DNA of 64,000 nucleotides, taken from the NCBI GenBank assembly GCA_047284725.1, contig JBJBEO010000001.1, forward strand, positions 1,624,203 through 1,688,202, in the 5' to 3' direction. The notes beneath the pieces are model-generated. The model was not told the DNA's origin. It made no database searches and was given only the letters and a program-made list of their open reading frames with translations. This DNA is from Synechococcus sp. (lineage in GTDB: Bacteria > Cyanobacteriota > Cyanobacteriia > PCC-6307 > Cyanobiaceae). Position 1 is the stretch's first letter; each line of letters starts with the position of its first letter. A program made the position numbers and the translations under genes. Below, piece after piece: positions 54,478 through 64,000 of this stretch.

Positions 54478-55650
54478 TCAGGCCGGGGTCAGAGACAACG
54501 CTGCACCTAAGCCGGAGCGCACCTCCTCGGGTGTCAGTCGTCCGTCGTGATCCTGATCGAGGGCATCGAACACAGCGTCACTCCCCAACCACTCATCACG
54601 GGTGATGGAGCCGTCACCGTTCATGTCATTGAGCAGAAAGATCTCCTGAACGGCATGACGGAATGCAGCCCCCCCCTCGAGCTCAGCCAGGCGATGGGCC
54701 AACTGGGATTCCAGGGTTTCAATCGCCTTACTGAAGCCCTTGATGCCTTCGCCTAATTTGTCGGTCGCCATGCGGTCGTCGGCCATCATCGAGGCGAACG
54801 TGGGGGCATCAACATGAATCTGAGGCTCACCACCGACGGCATGCGCTCCATCCAGCTTGCGCTGCAGCGATGTCTCGGTCTTGCGCAACTGATCGAGGAG
54901 TTGGGGGGAAATGGTGAGCAGATCGCAACCGGCAAGCTCCACGATTTCGTCGGTGTTGCGGAAACTGGCACCCATCACCTCGGTTGTGTAGCCGTAGGTC
55001 TTGAAATAGTTGAAGATCCGGGTCACTGAGAGCACCCCTGGATCTTCCGCACCGGGATACGACTCTCGACCGGTCTCTGCCTTGTACCAATCGAGGATAC
55101 GGCCGACAAAGGGCGAGATCAGAGTGACACCAGCTTCAGCACAGGCCACGGCCTGACCGAAACCGAACAACAGGGTGAGGTTGCACTGAATGCCTTCTTT
55201 CTCAAGCACCTCCGCCGCTTTGATCCCCTCCCAGGTGGAGGCGATCTTGATCAACACCCGCTCATTACTGATGCCGGCATCGTTGTAGAGACGAATGAGT
55301 TTGCGTCCCTTGGCAATGGTGGCTTCGGTGTCGTAGCTGAGGCGTGCATCCACCTCCGTGGAGACGCGGCCCGGGACAATCTTGAGGATCTCTTTGCCAA
55401 AGATCACGCAGATCTCGTCGAGGGCCTCATGCACCACATCCTCGACTGGAGCATCACTGCCGAGCAGCCGGCGCGAGGCCGTCAGCGCCTCATCAATCAG
55501 ATTCTGGTAGGCGGGGATCTGAGCAGCCGCCAGGATCAGGGACGGGTTGGTTGTGGCATCCCGCGGCGTGAAGCGCCGGATCGCCTCCAGATCACCGGTG
55601 TCCGCCACCACAACGGTCATGGCGGAGAGCTGCTCAAGAAGGGAAGCCAT
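54478..55650 (-). CDS. tal: transaldolase with C-terminal EF-hand pair
   Basis: [28 protein letters not shown], then [12 protein letters not shown] and [12 protein letters not shown]. Confidence 0.96.
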   Translation of the reverse strand: MASLLEQLSAMTVVVADTGDLEAIRRFTPRDATTNPSLILAAAQIPAYQNLIDEALTASRRLLGSDAPVEDVVHEALDEICVIFGKEILKIVPGRVSTEVDARLSYDTEATIAKGRKLIRLYNDAGISNERVLIKIASTWEGIKAAEVLEKEGIQCNLTLLFGFGQAVACAEAGVTLISPFVGRILDWYKAETGRESYPGAEDPGVLSVTRIFNYFKTYGYTTEVMGASFRNTDEIVELAGCDLLTISPQLLDQLRKTETSLQRKLDGAHAVGGEPQIHVDAPTFASMMADDRMATDKLGEGIKGFSKAIETLESQLAHRLAELEGGAAFRHAVQEIFLLNDMNGDGSITRDEWLGSDAVFDALDQDHDGRLTPEEVRSGLGAALSLTPA

Positions 55651-55711
55651 GGATGGGAAGGTGGCTCTGGGTGCTCAACGTAGCCAGACCAGCTGAAGTG
55701 GCACCGCTTTA

Positions 55712-57538
55712 TCAGCCGGCCGGAACAGCGACTGGAGCGTTGGCAGGCTTCTGAGCGGTGGTTGAACCACTGGGGGGGATCCTTTCAATCACCAGGAGTC
55801 CATCAATGATTTTCTTGGCCACGGGAACCGCCACGGTTGAGCCATAGGCATTCCCTCCCTGGGGCTCGTCGACCACCACCAGCACCACATAGCGAGGGTC
55901 TTCAATCGGCAAGGTGGCCACAAAACTGCAGATCTTCGCTCCAGGGACGTAGATGCCGTTGAGGGCTTTCTGGGCCGTTCCCGTCTTGCCACCGATGCGA
56001 TAACCGGGCGTCCGCACTCCCTTGCCACTCCCTTTCTCGACAACGGATTCCATCCAAGCCAGCACGGTGCGAGTCACCTCGGGGCGCATCAGCGGTGTCC
56101 CCTGAGAGCGATCACGGCTGGCAACACCATCGCCGGAGCGAAGGCCGCGGGTGATGTGGGGACTGACCATGCGGCCCCCATTGGAGAGGAGGGCATGGAG
56201 CTGCACCAACTTCAGTGGTGTGAGCGAAAAGCCCTGGCCGAAGGAGGCGGTGGCGGGCTCGATCGGATGCGTTGTGAACTCGTCCAATGTCTTGAGCTGC
56301 CCAGCCTCAGCACCGGGGAGGTCCGTGTCTGGCCGAGCATCGAGGCCCAACTTCGACAACCACTGCCAATAGAGAGAGGGCTTGAGATTGCGCATCGCCT
56401 GCACCATCCCCACATTGCTGGAGACCTGCAGCACGGTGGCGAAGTCGATCACGCCGTTGGCACCCTTGTCGTGGTTGAAAATCGGCCAGCCTCCGATCTG
56501 CAACTCACCGATATCGTTCACGGTGTCGTTGGCAGCAATCACCTTTTCCTGAAGCGCAATCGCCAGGTTGATGGGCTTGAAGGTCGACCCTGGCTCGTAG
56601 AGATCCTGCACCGACCATTCCTTGAACAGCGCGGGGGAGAACGCCCAGTAGCTGTTGGGGTCGTAGGTGGGAGTCGAGGCCAGCGCGAGCAGCTCGCCAT
56701 TGCGCACATCCATCACGATGGCGGCGCCCTTTTTGGCGTTCCATTGCTTCACCTGGTCGGCGAGGGCCTTGGCGGCAAGCTCCTGGAGACGCGCGTCCAG
56801 GGTGAGCTGCAGGCGAAGATCATCACCAAAGAACGCGCCCGGAGCAAGGTTGTCGGGAAGGGGGGTTCCATCGGCGCCCCTGCGCAAACTACGGGATTGT
56901 TCATGGCGCTGGAGATCGCCATCCCTGCTCTGCTCCAGGCCGGCCTGAGGAACCCGCTCGAGGTTGAGGAAGCCCACCACATTGGCGAACAGCTTGCCCT
57001 GGGGATAGACCCGATGGGGATAGGCCTCCAGATCGAGACCACTGATGCCCAGGCGACGCACCGCATCAGCGGTTTCGGGATCCAGCCCTTCCGCCAGGCG
57101 GATCCCTGAGGGGCGATTGCCCATGCGCTGAACCAACTCAGCCATCGGCACCGCCAGGAGTCCCGACAAGCGACGTGCGACGTCGAGAGGTTCACGCACC
57201 AGGGTGGGATCGTCGCCGGGAAAACGGAAGTTATTGGGGTGAGCCCAAACCCGGAAGCGCTCCTCATCAAGGGCCACCAAGCGCCCGGCCCGATCGACGA
57301 TCGGTCGTCGCTTGCCGAGGGGGTCGGTGCGCTGGGTCTGCACCATGCGGGCGCGGGCTTCAAGGGCGGAGGCCTGCATCACCTGCAACCAGGCCATCCG
57401 ACCCATCAGCCCCACCAGCCCAAGGCAGAGCAGGGCGAACACCCAGCGCAGTCGCGACGCCGGCACCGGCTCCAGAGGAATCACCCGTTGGCGCGGACGA
57501 CGACGCGGTCGCCGTTCAGCAGACGGGGGAACAGCCAT
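55712..57538 (-). CDS. ftsI: class B penicillin-binding protein
   Basis: TM anchor, R..IVDR.G, EPGSTFK, SSN, KTGTA. Confidence 0.9.
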   Translation of the reverse strand: MAVPPSAERRPRRRPRQRVIPLEPVPASRLRWVFALLCLGLVGLMGRMAWLQVMQASALEARARMVQTQRTDPLGKRRPIVDRAGRLVALDEERFRVWAHPNNFRFPGDDPTLVREPLDVARRLSGLLAVPMAELVQRMGNRPSGIRLAEGLDPETADAVRRLGISGLDLEAYPHRVYPQGKLFANVVGFLNLERVPQAGLEQSRDGDLQRHEQSRSLRRGADGTPLPDNLAPGAFFGDDLRLQLTLDARLQELAAKALADQVKQWNAKKGAAIVMDVRNGELLALASTPTYDPNSYWAFSPALFKEWSVQDLYEPGSTFKPINLAIALQEKVIAANDTVNDIGELQIGGWPIFNHDKGANGVIDFATVLQVSSNVGMVQAMRNLKPSLYWQWLSKLGLDARPDTDLPGAEAGQLKTLDEFTTHPIEPATASFGQGFSLTPLKLVQLHALLSNGGRMVSPHITRGLRSGDGVASRDRSQGTPLMRPEVTRTVLAWMESVVEKGSGKGVRTPGYRIGGKTGTAQKALNGIYVPGAKICSFVATLPIEDPRYVVLVVVDEPQGGNAYGSTVAVPVAKKIIDGLLVIERIPPSGSTTAQKPANAPVAVPAG

Positions 57539-57542
57539 GGGT

Positions 57543-57998
57543 TCAGTACCCCTGCTGAATCGGCTGATCAAGCCACGACTGGATCATGGCCAGCTGATCC
57601 GATGATGTCTGAGAGATCACGACATCAGGCTGATCGAGATACACCAGATTGGAGACCTGGGTTGGAACTACGACGCCGGGACGACTGGCCTTCTCCAACA
57701 GGTGACGCTCCAGCATCGCCGTGGACTCGGTGAGGCGATGGGACAGGTTGCGGGTGTCTTCCAACTGTTGAAACGCCAGGGTCCAGCGGTGCTGCCAATG
57801 CAGCGTGAGCCCCGAGAGGGCAACAACCGCCAGCACCACTCCACAAAGGGAACCATCCGCCACCCGGTGCAATCCAGCGAGCAAAGGGGATTGACGAGCC
57901 ACCTTCCGGGCCGACATCGAGCCCTGGATCAGCTCAAAGGCATCGGCGACTGCGGTCTTCTCAGCAGTCGCAATGCGTGGCTGGGGTACGGCGCTCAC
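57543..57998 (-). CDS. bitopic coiled-coil protein, FtsL-like candidate
   Basis: One TM helix plus a heptad-rich helix directly upstream of ftsI. GTG start estimated. Confidence 0.6.
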   Translation of the reverse strand: MSAVPQPRIATAEKTAVADAFELIQGSMSARKVARQSPLLAGLHRVADGSLCGVVLAVVALSGLTLHWQHRWTLAFQQLEDTRNLSHRLTESTAMLERHLLEKASRPGVVVPTQVSNLVYLDQPDVVISQTSSDQLAMIQSWLDQPIQQGY

Positions 57999-58085
57999 GT
58001 TGCGATGGTTGGTCTGCGCCAGTGAACCATTCGCAGCCACCCCCCGCAAGCCTTCAAAGCCCCCCTGCACAAAGGCTTCGTCCTC

Positions 58086-59486
58086 TCAGGATCCAAGCAG
58101 AATCAAGTTGAAAAACGTGGCTGCATTCCAGCAGGCATGCATCACCACACAGGGCAGCAGCCGACCGGTGCTCAGACGCAACAGGGCCAGACCCATGCCA
58201 AGCACCAGCAAGGGAGGCAACTCGCCGATGCTGAGGTGGGCCACCGCGAAGACCAGACCACTGAGCAACACACCCCAGCCCCGTCCGAGCGCCCTGGCCA
58301 GCACAGGCAGCACCACACCGCGAAACACCACCTCTTCGAACAACGGCGCCAACACCACCGCGGTGAGAGCCAGCAGCACAAGAGCCAAGGGGTTGTCGCT
58401 GCGCAGCACCATCTCCAACAACGGATTGCTGCCGCCCGGATCGCCGACCAGGCGCCCCATCAACCAACCGGTGAAGACCACCGGCGGCATCACCATCAAC
58501 CAGCCGCGTCCCCCCTGCAGCAGGGCTCGCCCCCAGGGCCGGAGCCGCCACTGCAACCAACCGCCTTCCGGGACGTTGTCGGCTGGCAGAGCGCCGAGCT
58601 GGCTGCGCAGGATGACCAACGGTGGACTCGCCATGGTGATGTAGGCCAGCAACACGCCGATCGCCTGACCAAGGGCCCCTGGCTGGCCCAGGGACAGCAC
58701 TGCAATCACAGGGCTGACCAGAACGGGCAGAAGCACCCCACCGAGGAGAACAAACCCCCCAGCCACAAGGATGGTGATCTCCACCGGGGAAAGAAGCGGG
58801 CCCAGCAGCGGGGGCCAGGCAGGCAGCGCCCTGCGCCACCGCATCCAGAGATCGCGCAACAGCAGCACCACGCCGATCAACAGCGCACCGATGGGAAACA
58901 ATTGCGCCATGAGCAGCCGCTGGCTGGCGCGCACCGCTGCGACGGCATCCTCTGGAGTGGTGCAGCGGTCTCGACTGCCGCCGAGGGCTTCGCAGCTCAA
59001 CTGCCTCAGCAGGGGATCCAAGGCCGGATTCTGCAGCAACTGTGCGTGCGCATCCGACAGCGTCGTGGAGGGATCCGCCGTCGCCAGGGCCCGCTGCAGT
59101 GGCTCAAGGTCTTCGTTCTCCAGAGGGAGAGCCAGGGCTGCGACGCGTTCAGCCTGATCCTTGGTCAGCGCTGCGAGCAACAGGCGCTGGCGATCATCGA
59201 GCCGGTCGAGAGGCACCTCCAGCAGCGCTTTGAGGAGCTGCTTCGAAGGGTCAGCCCCAGCGAGAACGGGCTGAAGAGACGGCGGCAGGGCCGGCGCCGC
59301 GAGCACGGCCTTCTCCTGCTGCTGCAACGAGAGGGCCGGAGCCACGGACTCGCGGCTGAGGCTGTCTGTCAACGACCAAACCCAGTAGGTCATCGCCAGG
59401 AGGAGCGACAGGAGAGCCAGCAGCCCCTTGGGGGACCACCAGCGATCGGTCGGCGAAGACGTCAACGCAGGGGGAGCAACGTGCAC
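58086..59486 (-). CDS. CPBP/CAAX intramembrane glutamic protease
   Basis: APLFEEVVFRG, FAVAH, HACWN. Confidence 0.88.
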   Translation of the reverse strand: MHVAPPALTSSPTDRWWSPKGLLALLSLLLAMTYWVWSLTDSLSRESVAPALSLQQQEKAVLAAPALPPSLQPVLAGADPSKQLLKALLEVPLDRLDDRQRLLLAALTKDQAERVAALALPLENEDLEPLQRALATADPSTTLSDAHAQLLQNPALDPLLRQLSCEALGGSRDRCTTPEDAVAAVRASQRLLMAQLFPIGALLIGVVLLLRDLWMRWRRALPAWPPLLGPLLSPVEITILVAGGFVLLGGVLLPVLVSPVIAVLSLGQPGALGQAIGVLLAYITMASPPLVILRSQLGALPADNVPEGGWLQWRLRPWGRALLQGGRGWLMVMPPVVFTGWLMGRLVGDPGGSNPLLEMVLRSDNPLALVLLALTAVVLAPLFEEVVFRGVVLPVLARALGRGWGVLLSGLVFAVAHLSIGELPPLLVLGMGLALLRLSTGRLLPCVVMHACWNAATFFNLILLGS

Positions 59487-59582
59487 CGATTCTCACCGCT
59501 GGATCGAAGCCGCGACGGAGGCGAAGCGAAAAGGCGTGGATGGGCGCGCCAATACGATGACCCCGCCTTGATCTCATACCCG

Positions 59583-60914
59583 GTGTCTCTCCGTCTCCTT
59601 CTGGTGCGCCACGGCCTGAGCAGCTTCAACGTGGAGCGCCGCATCCAGGGGAGGGACGACCTTTCCATGCTCACGGCAGACGGTGAGGAGCAAGCGCGTC
59701 GCACCGGTGCAGCCCTGAAGGATGTGCCGATCACAGCGGCCTACTCCTCGCCGCTGAGGCGGGCCGCTTCCACCTGCGAAGGGTTGCTGAAGACACGCGG
59801 TGGCGACCTGACCCCACGGATGGACGAGGGTCTGCTGGAAATCGATCTCGAGCCCTGGAGTGGCATGAGCGCCGATGAGCGTGCTGCCCGTGACCCGGAG
59901 GCCTATCAGGCCTGGCGTTGCAGACCGGAAGAGCTCGAGCTGACACGCGCCGACGGCAGCCGCTACAAGCCGCTCCAGGAGCTGATGGTGCAGGCCAGGG
60001 ATTTCATCGAGCGCTTGCTGGAGCGCCATCCCATCGACGGCAACGACACCGTTCTTGTTGTGGGGCACAACGCCATCCTGCGTTGCCTGATGCTGGTGCT
60101 GCTCGGGGAACCCGTGGGTGGCTTCCGCCGACTCCAGATCGACAACGCCTCCCTGTCGGTGTTCAACATCAGTGCCAAGGCCGGCGGCGGCCGTCAGGTG
60201 CAGATCGAATGCCTCAACAACACGGCGCATCTGGGCCAGACCCTGCCAATGAAGGGCAAAGCAGCCCGATTGGTGTTGGTGCGCCATGGCGAAACCAACT
60301 GGAACCGCCAGGGTCGCTTCCAGGGGCAGATCGACATTCCCCTCAACCAGAACGGTCATGCCCAGGCCGAAGCCGCACGGGGCTTCCTGGAATCGGTGCC
60401 GCTTCAACGGGCCTACACCAGCTCGATGTCACGGCCGCGCCAGACCGCTGAAGGCATTTTGAAATCGCACCCGGGCGTGCCGATGACCGTGACGCGCGGA
60501 CTCGTGGAAATCGGCCATGGGCTCTGGGAAGGCAAGCTCGAGGAAGAGATCCAGGCGGAATGGGGCGACCTGCTCGAAGAATGGAAGCGCACCCCCGAGA
60601 CTGTGCAGATGCCTGAGGGAGAAACCATCCAGGACGTTTGGGAACGGTCCGTGAGCACCTGGGACACCATTGCCGCCAGCCTCGACGCCAGCGAGACCGC
60701 CCTGGTGGTGGCCCACGATGCCGTCAACAAAACCATCCTTTGCCATCTGCTGGGCCTGACCCCTGCCGACATCTGGGCTGTGAAGCAGGGCAACGGTGGC
60801 GTCACCGTGGTCGACATGCCCACCGATCCGGGCCAGCCTGCGGTGGTGACCTGTCTCAATCTCACCTCCCACCTCGGTGGGGTGCTGGACCGCACCGCCG
60901 CAGGAGCCCTCTGA
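59583..60914 (+). CDS. tandem histidine phosphatase (PGM-like, possibly phosphoserine phosphatase)
   Basis: Two LVRHG domains, each followed by a H.A..(R/K) motif. GTG start at 59583; the upstream part of the 925-aa track ORF is antisense to the CPBP gene. Confidence 0.88.
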   Translation: MSLRLLLVRHGLSSFNVERRIQGRDDLSMLTADGEEQARRTGAALKDVPITAAYSSPLRRAASTCEGLLKTRGGDLTPRMDEGLLEIDLEPWSGMSADERAARDPEAYQAWRCRPEELELTRADGSRYKPLQELMVQARDFIERLLERHPIDGNDTVLVVGHNAILRCLMLVLLGEPVGGFRRLQIDNASLSVFNISAKAGGGRQVQIECLNNTAHLGQTLPMKGKAARLVLVRHGETNWNRQGRFQGQIDIPLNQNGHAQAEAARGFLESVPLQRAYTSSMSRPRQTAEGILKSHPGVPMTVTRGLVEIGHGLWEGKLEEEIQAEWGDLLEEWKRTPETVQMPEGETIQDVWERSVSTWDTIAASLDASETALVVAHDAVNKTILCHLLGLTPADIWAVKQGNGGVTVVDMPTDPGQPAVVTCLNLTSHLGGVLDRTAAGAL

Positions 60915-60918
60915 GTCG

Positions 60919-62193
60919 ATGCATCAGACCGTGCTGCTGGATCCTGTGCGCATCCTCATGGGTGCGGGGGAACAGCTGATCGAGCAGGGAGCCGCTCTGA
61001 TGGAAGACAACCGGATCGTCGCCTTCGGCGACGAGGCCAGAAAGCGCGCTGTTCAACAGGCCATGTCCGTCGTGGCTGCCCCCAGACAACTCCTGGCCCC
61101 CTGCCTGGTCGATCCCCACTCGATCCTCGAGGAGCCCTTCCAAGCGCACGGCGAGAACCTGCGCAGCCTTTGCCAGGCTGCTGCCCACGCCGGCTTCGGC
61201 CAGATCGCACTCCTGCCCACGGCAACAGCATGGAGGGATCGGACCGAGCGGTTGCAGGGGTTCAGCGCAACGGGCGATGTTCACATCCATCTCTGGGGAG
61301 CCCTGAGCCTGGAAGGCCAGGGGCAGGAGCTCAGCTGCCACAGCGACTTGATCGATCAGGGCGCGGTGGGGCTGAGCGATGGCGAGGCCATGCCCTCCAT
61401 GGGCCTGCTGCAACGGAGCCTGGTGCTGGCTGAAACCGGCAAGGCACCGGTCCTGGTGGCACCACGCGATCCCAAGCTTCAGGGCGACGGCATGGTGCGG
61501 GAAGGGGTCGAAACGCTGCGGGCTGGGTGGCCCATGGATCCGGTCGCCAGCGAAACCATCCCCTTCAGCCAACTGCTGGAGCTGCAAAGGCTCTTCCCCG
61601 ATCAGCGGTTGTGGGCGATGAATCTCTCCACCGCTGCTGCGGTTGAACAGCTGAGCCAGGCCACGGACAGACCAGATGCCAGCGTGCATTGGTGGCACTT
61701 GGTGATGGACCGTGGCCGCCTTGCTCCGACGGCCACGGGGTGGTGCATCACCCCCTCTCTCGGTGGAGCAAACGACCGGCAAGCCCTGATCGATGCGCTC
61801 AAGCAGGGCCTGATCGCTGGCGTTGCCGTTCACGCCGTTCCCCTTGACACAGAAGATTGCCTGCTGCCGCCGGGTCAACGCAAGCCTGGCCTGGCGGGGC
61901 ATCGGCTTGTGCTGCCTCTGCTGTGGAGAGCCCTCGTGGTGGATCAAGGCTGGTCTGAGCAGGAACTCTGGCAGGCCATCAGCTACGGCCCGTCGCAACT
62001 GCTGCAATGCCGTGAAGAACGACTCAGCCTCGGCAGCAATCGCTGGCTGTTGTACGACCCGGATCATCGCTGGACTCCCAGCCTCGACGATGACGACCCG
62101 TCTCAAGCCGCCAATCAACCCCTGCTCATGCAGGAGATCACGGGTGCAGTGGTGGCCTGTGGGCTCAGGAGCCCAGAGACCCTGACCGGTTGA
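60919..62193 (+). CDS. dihydroorotase-like protein (probably inactive PyrC')
   Basis: Amidohydrolase layout (APCLVD, AAAHAGF, P...E, P.LG...D..AL) with degenerate metal ligands. Confidence 0.8.
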   Translation: MHQTVLLDPVRILMGAGEQLIEQGAALMEDNRIVAFGDEARKRAVQQAMSVVAAPRQLLAPCLVDPHSILEEPFQAHGENLRSLCQAAAHAGFGQIALLPTATAWRDRTERLQGFSATGDVHIHLWGALSLEGQGQELSCHSDLIDQGAVGLSDGEAMPSMGLLQRSLVLAETGKAPVLVAPRDPKLQGDGMVREGVETLRAGWPMDPVASETIPFSQLLELQRLFPDQRLWAMNLSTAAAVEQLSQATDRPDASVHWWHLVMDRGRLAPTATGWCITPSLGGANDRQALIDALKQGLIAGVAVHAVPLDTEDCLLPPGQRKPGLAGHRLVLPLLWRALVVDQGWSEQELWQAISYGPSQLLQCREERLSLGSNRWLLYDPDHRWTPSLDDDDPSQAANQPLLMQEITGAVVACGLRSPETLTG

Positions 62194-62908
62194 ACGGCCA
62201 GAAACGCCAGGTGGCCCGCCCCAGGATCTCGGAGTCGGGCACAAACGGTCCACCGGGCCAGTAACGACCGTCCCAGCTGTTGCTGCGGTTATCGCCCAAC
62301 ACAAGGACATGGTCCTCGGGGACCGTCACATTCAGGGTGCGGCAGCGAGTCATGCCCTTTTCATCCACGGGGCAGAACTTCGAAACATAAGGCTCCTCCA
62401 GACGCTCACCGTTGATGGTCACTTCGCCGCGAGGGTTGACCACCACCTCGTCTCCGGGAACAGCGACCACCCTTTTGATGTAGGCATCACAGGCGGGATG
62501 GGACAAGCCGGGGATCAATCCGAGCAAAGGAATGTTCGCGGCCAAACAACGCAAACCGGATGGGGAGGCCTGGGAGCTGAGGGCCGGATCAAAGGCGTAG
62601 GGAGAATTGAACACCACAATTTCACCGCGGCGAGGCTTACGCAAGCGATAGCTGAGCTTCTCCACCAGCAATCGATCATTGATCTGCAATCCCGGAAGCA
62701 TCGAGCCAGAGGGAATGAAGCGTGCCTCAGCCACAAAATGGCGAAGACCGAAATAGAGGGCGATCGTGAACAGAACTGGAGCCCAGAAATCCCAGAAAGG
62801 ATGAGCGGTCTTGATGGTGTGATCAGCGGTGGGCGTGACCTGGTGTTTCTGATTCGCATCCTCCCCTTGCTGAGGGGTGGATGACGCGTTCCCTTCCTCT
62901 TCGGCCAA
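62165..62908 (-). CDS. lepB: signal peptidase I
   Basis: IPSGSMLP, DRLLVEK, YIKRVV, LGDNRSNSWDGR. Confidence 0.93.
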   Translation of the reverse strand: MAEEEGNASSTPQQGEDANQKHQVTPTADHTIKTAHPFWDFWAPVLFTIALYFGLRHFVAEARFIPSGSMLPGLQINDRLLVEKLSYRLRKPRRGEIVVFNSPYAFDPALSSQASPSGLRCLAANIPLLGLIPGLSHPACDAYIKRVVAVPGDEVVVNPRGEVTINGERLEEPYVSKFCPVDEKGMTRCRTLNVTVPEDHVLVLGDNRSNSWDGRYWPGGPFVPDSEILGRATWRFWPFNRSGSLGS

Positions 62909-62987
62909 CTGAGCTGAACAACAATGGTCTACTCAGGATAGGCGTACCTGCCGTCAGCTTCTAGCCTGAACATCACTGACAGACGTT

Positions 62988-64000
62988 ATGGTTCGGCCCC
63001 GCTGGCAAGGGTTGCAGACCACATCAGCGGGCCGGTTCTGGCGACGTTGGGATCAGACGGTGGCCCTGATCGCCGCGGCCAACCTGGCCTGGGTGCTCTT
63101 CGACGTCAGCTACATCCCCCTTCGCCACTTCTGGCTGCAGCGCACGCTCTACCCATTGCCCTCGGTCAGCCTTGGCATCCCACTGGGATGGCTGCCGGAC
63201 ATCACCCCGCTCTACGACCCGATCAAGGGGATCGAACCCCATCGCGACACCGCGGCCTATGTGGACCACTTCCGCGAGCTGGAACAACGCACCCGGGAGC
63301 AAGGCTTCAACAGCACAGCTGCCCGCCAACATCGACTGGAAATGGTGGTGCGAAGCAGCCAGCTGATCGACGAAAACCCTTTCGTGGGCTCGGGCAATGC
63401 CGGCACGGTGGAAAAGCTGAAAAATCGCCTGCGCGCCAGAGCCGATCTGGATTCCCCCAAACAGGCGGCCGCCAAGCTAATGAGCGACTCCTACCTGAGG
63501 AGCCATGACTGGGAGGAGGAGAGGGCGTTCTGGAATCAACAGATTCTGCCCCTGGCGGAGACGAATTACTGGCGCGGCATCAACGACAGCGGTCAGCCGA
63601 TTGACCATTCCTGGCGGATTGATCTCCCCTTCCAGATGCTGTTTCTGGTCGACATCCTGCTGCGCACCATCCGTCTGAAGCGACGCTACCCAGCCATCCG
63701 TTGGCGCGATGCCCTGCTGCGGCGCTGGATTGACCTTCCCTTACTCCTCCCCTCCTGGCGGCTGCTGAGGGTGGTGCCAGTCACCGAGCGACTGTCGAAG
63801 GCAGAGCTGATTCAACTCGAACCCCTGCGGACGGTGGTCAGTCGCGCTGTCGTGGCCTTGCTGGCCCTCGAGCTGTTCGAAGTGCTCACCGTTCGACTGC
63901 TCGATGCAATGCAGCAACTGATCCGATCTCCCCAGCTACCCCAACGCATCCGCAATCTGCGTAGCCATCAGACAGTGGCTGACAACGGCGAACGCGAACT
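62988..64000 (+). CDS. membrane protein of unknown function (runs off the window)
   Basis: Not in the ORF track because it has no stop in the window. Manual translation: MVRPRWQ...LIAAANLAWVLFDVSYIPLR...YDPIKGIEPHRDT... Confidence 0.8.
   Translation, partial: MVRPRWQGLQTTSAGRFWRRWDQTVALIAAANLAWVLFDVSYIPLRHFWLQRTLYPLPSVSLGIPLGWLPDITPLYDPIKGIEPHRDTAAYVDHFRELEQRTREQGFNSTAARQHRLEMVVRSSQLIDENPFVGSGNAGTVEKLKNRLRARADLDSPKQAAAKLMSDSYLRSHDWEEERAFWNQQILPLAETNYWRGINDSGQPIDHSWRIDLPFQMLFLVDILLRTIRLKRRYPAIRWRDALLRRWIDLPLLLPSWRLLRVVPVTERLSKAELIQLEPLRTVVSRAVVALLALELFEVLTVRLLDAMQQLIRSPQLPQRIRNLRSHQTVADNGERE

Noticed and set aside
54478..54650. EF-hands on transaldolase, and the CAB domain on ferrochelatase (45869-46000)
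   Set aside because: Real, but already known features of cyanobacterial orthologs.
58137..59582. Apparent 925-aa fusion ORF
   Set aside because: The first part is simply antisense to the CPBP protease. The phosphatase domain begins at about 59583.

Overview
GC-rich (roughly 60%) core chromosomal region of a marine picocyanobacterium (Synechococcus-like, alpha-cyanobacterium). It holds a complete alpha-carboxysome locus (csoS1D, ham1-like, csoS1, cbbL, cbbS, csoS2, csoSCA, csoS4A, csoS4B, csoS1E), followed by the NDH-1(4) CO2-uptake genes (ndhF4, ndhD4, cupB), acRAF and a decayed cbbX pseudogene. Also present are dark and light protochlorophyllide reductases (chlN, chlB, chlL, por), psaM, the alkane cluster (ado, aar, accA, SDR, folE) and many housekeeping genes (hisG, gloB, trpF, ilvB, hemH, cobO, pyrH, frr, tal, ftsI, lepB). 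There is one orphan tyrosine recombinase. I saw no rRNA, tRNA, CRISPR array, IS or prophage, and I cannot support a wholly new system. The best leads are: the multiply disrupted cbbX; a CsoS2 N-peptide copy inside CsoSCA; a carboxysome-linked Ham1 paralog with rewritten base-specificity motifs; hairpins at each early cso operon junction; a candidate RbcR box; several probable pseudoenzymes; and a voltage-sensor-like membrane protein at the right edge. All calls come from manual reading and recalled family motifs. No searches were run.
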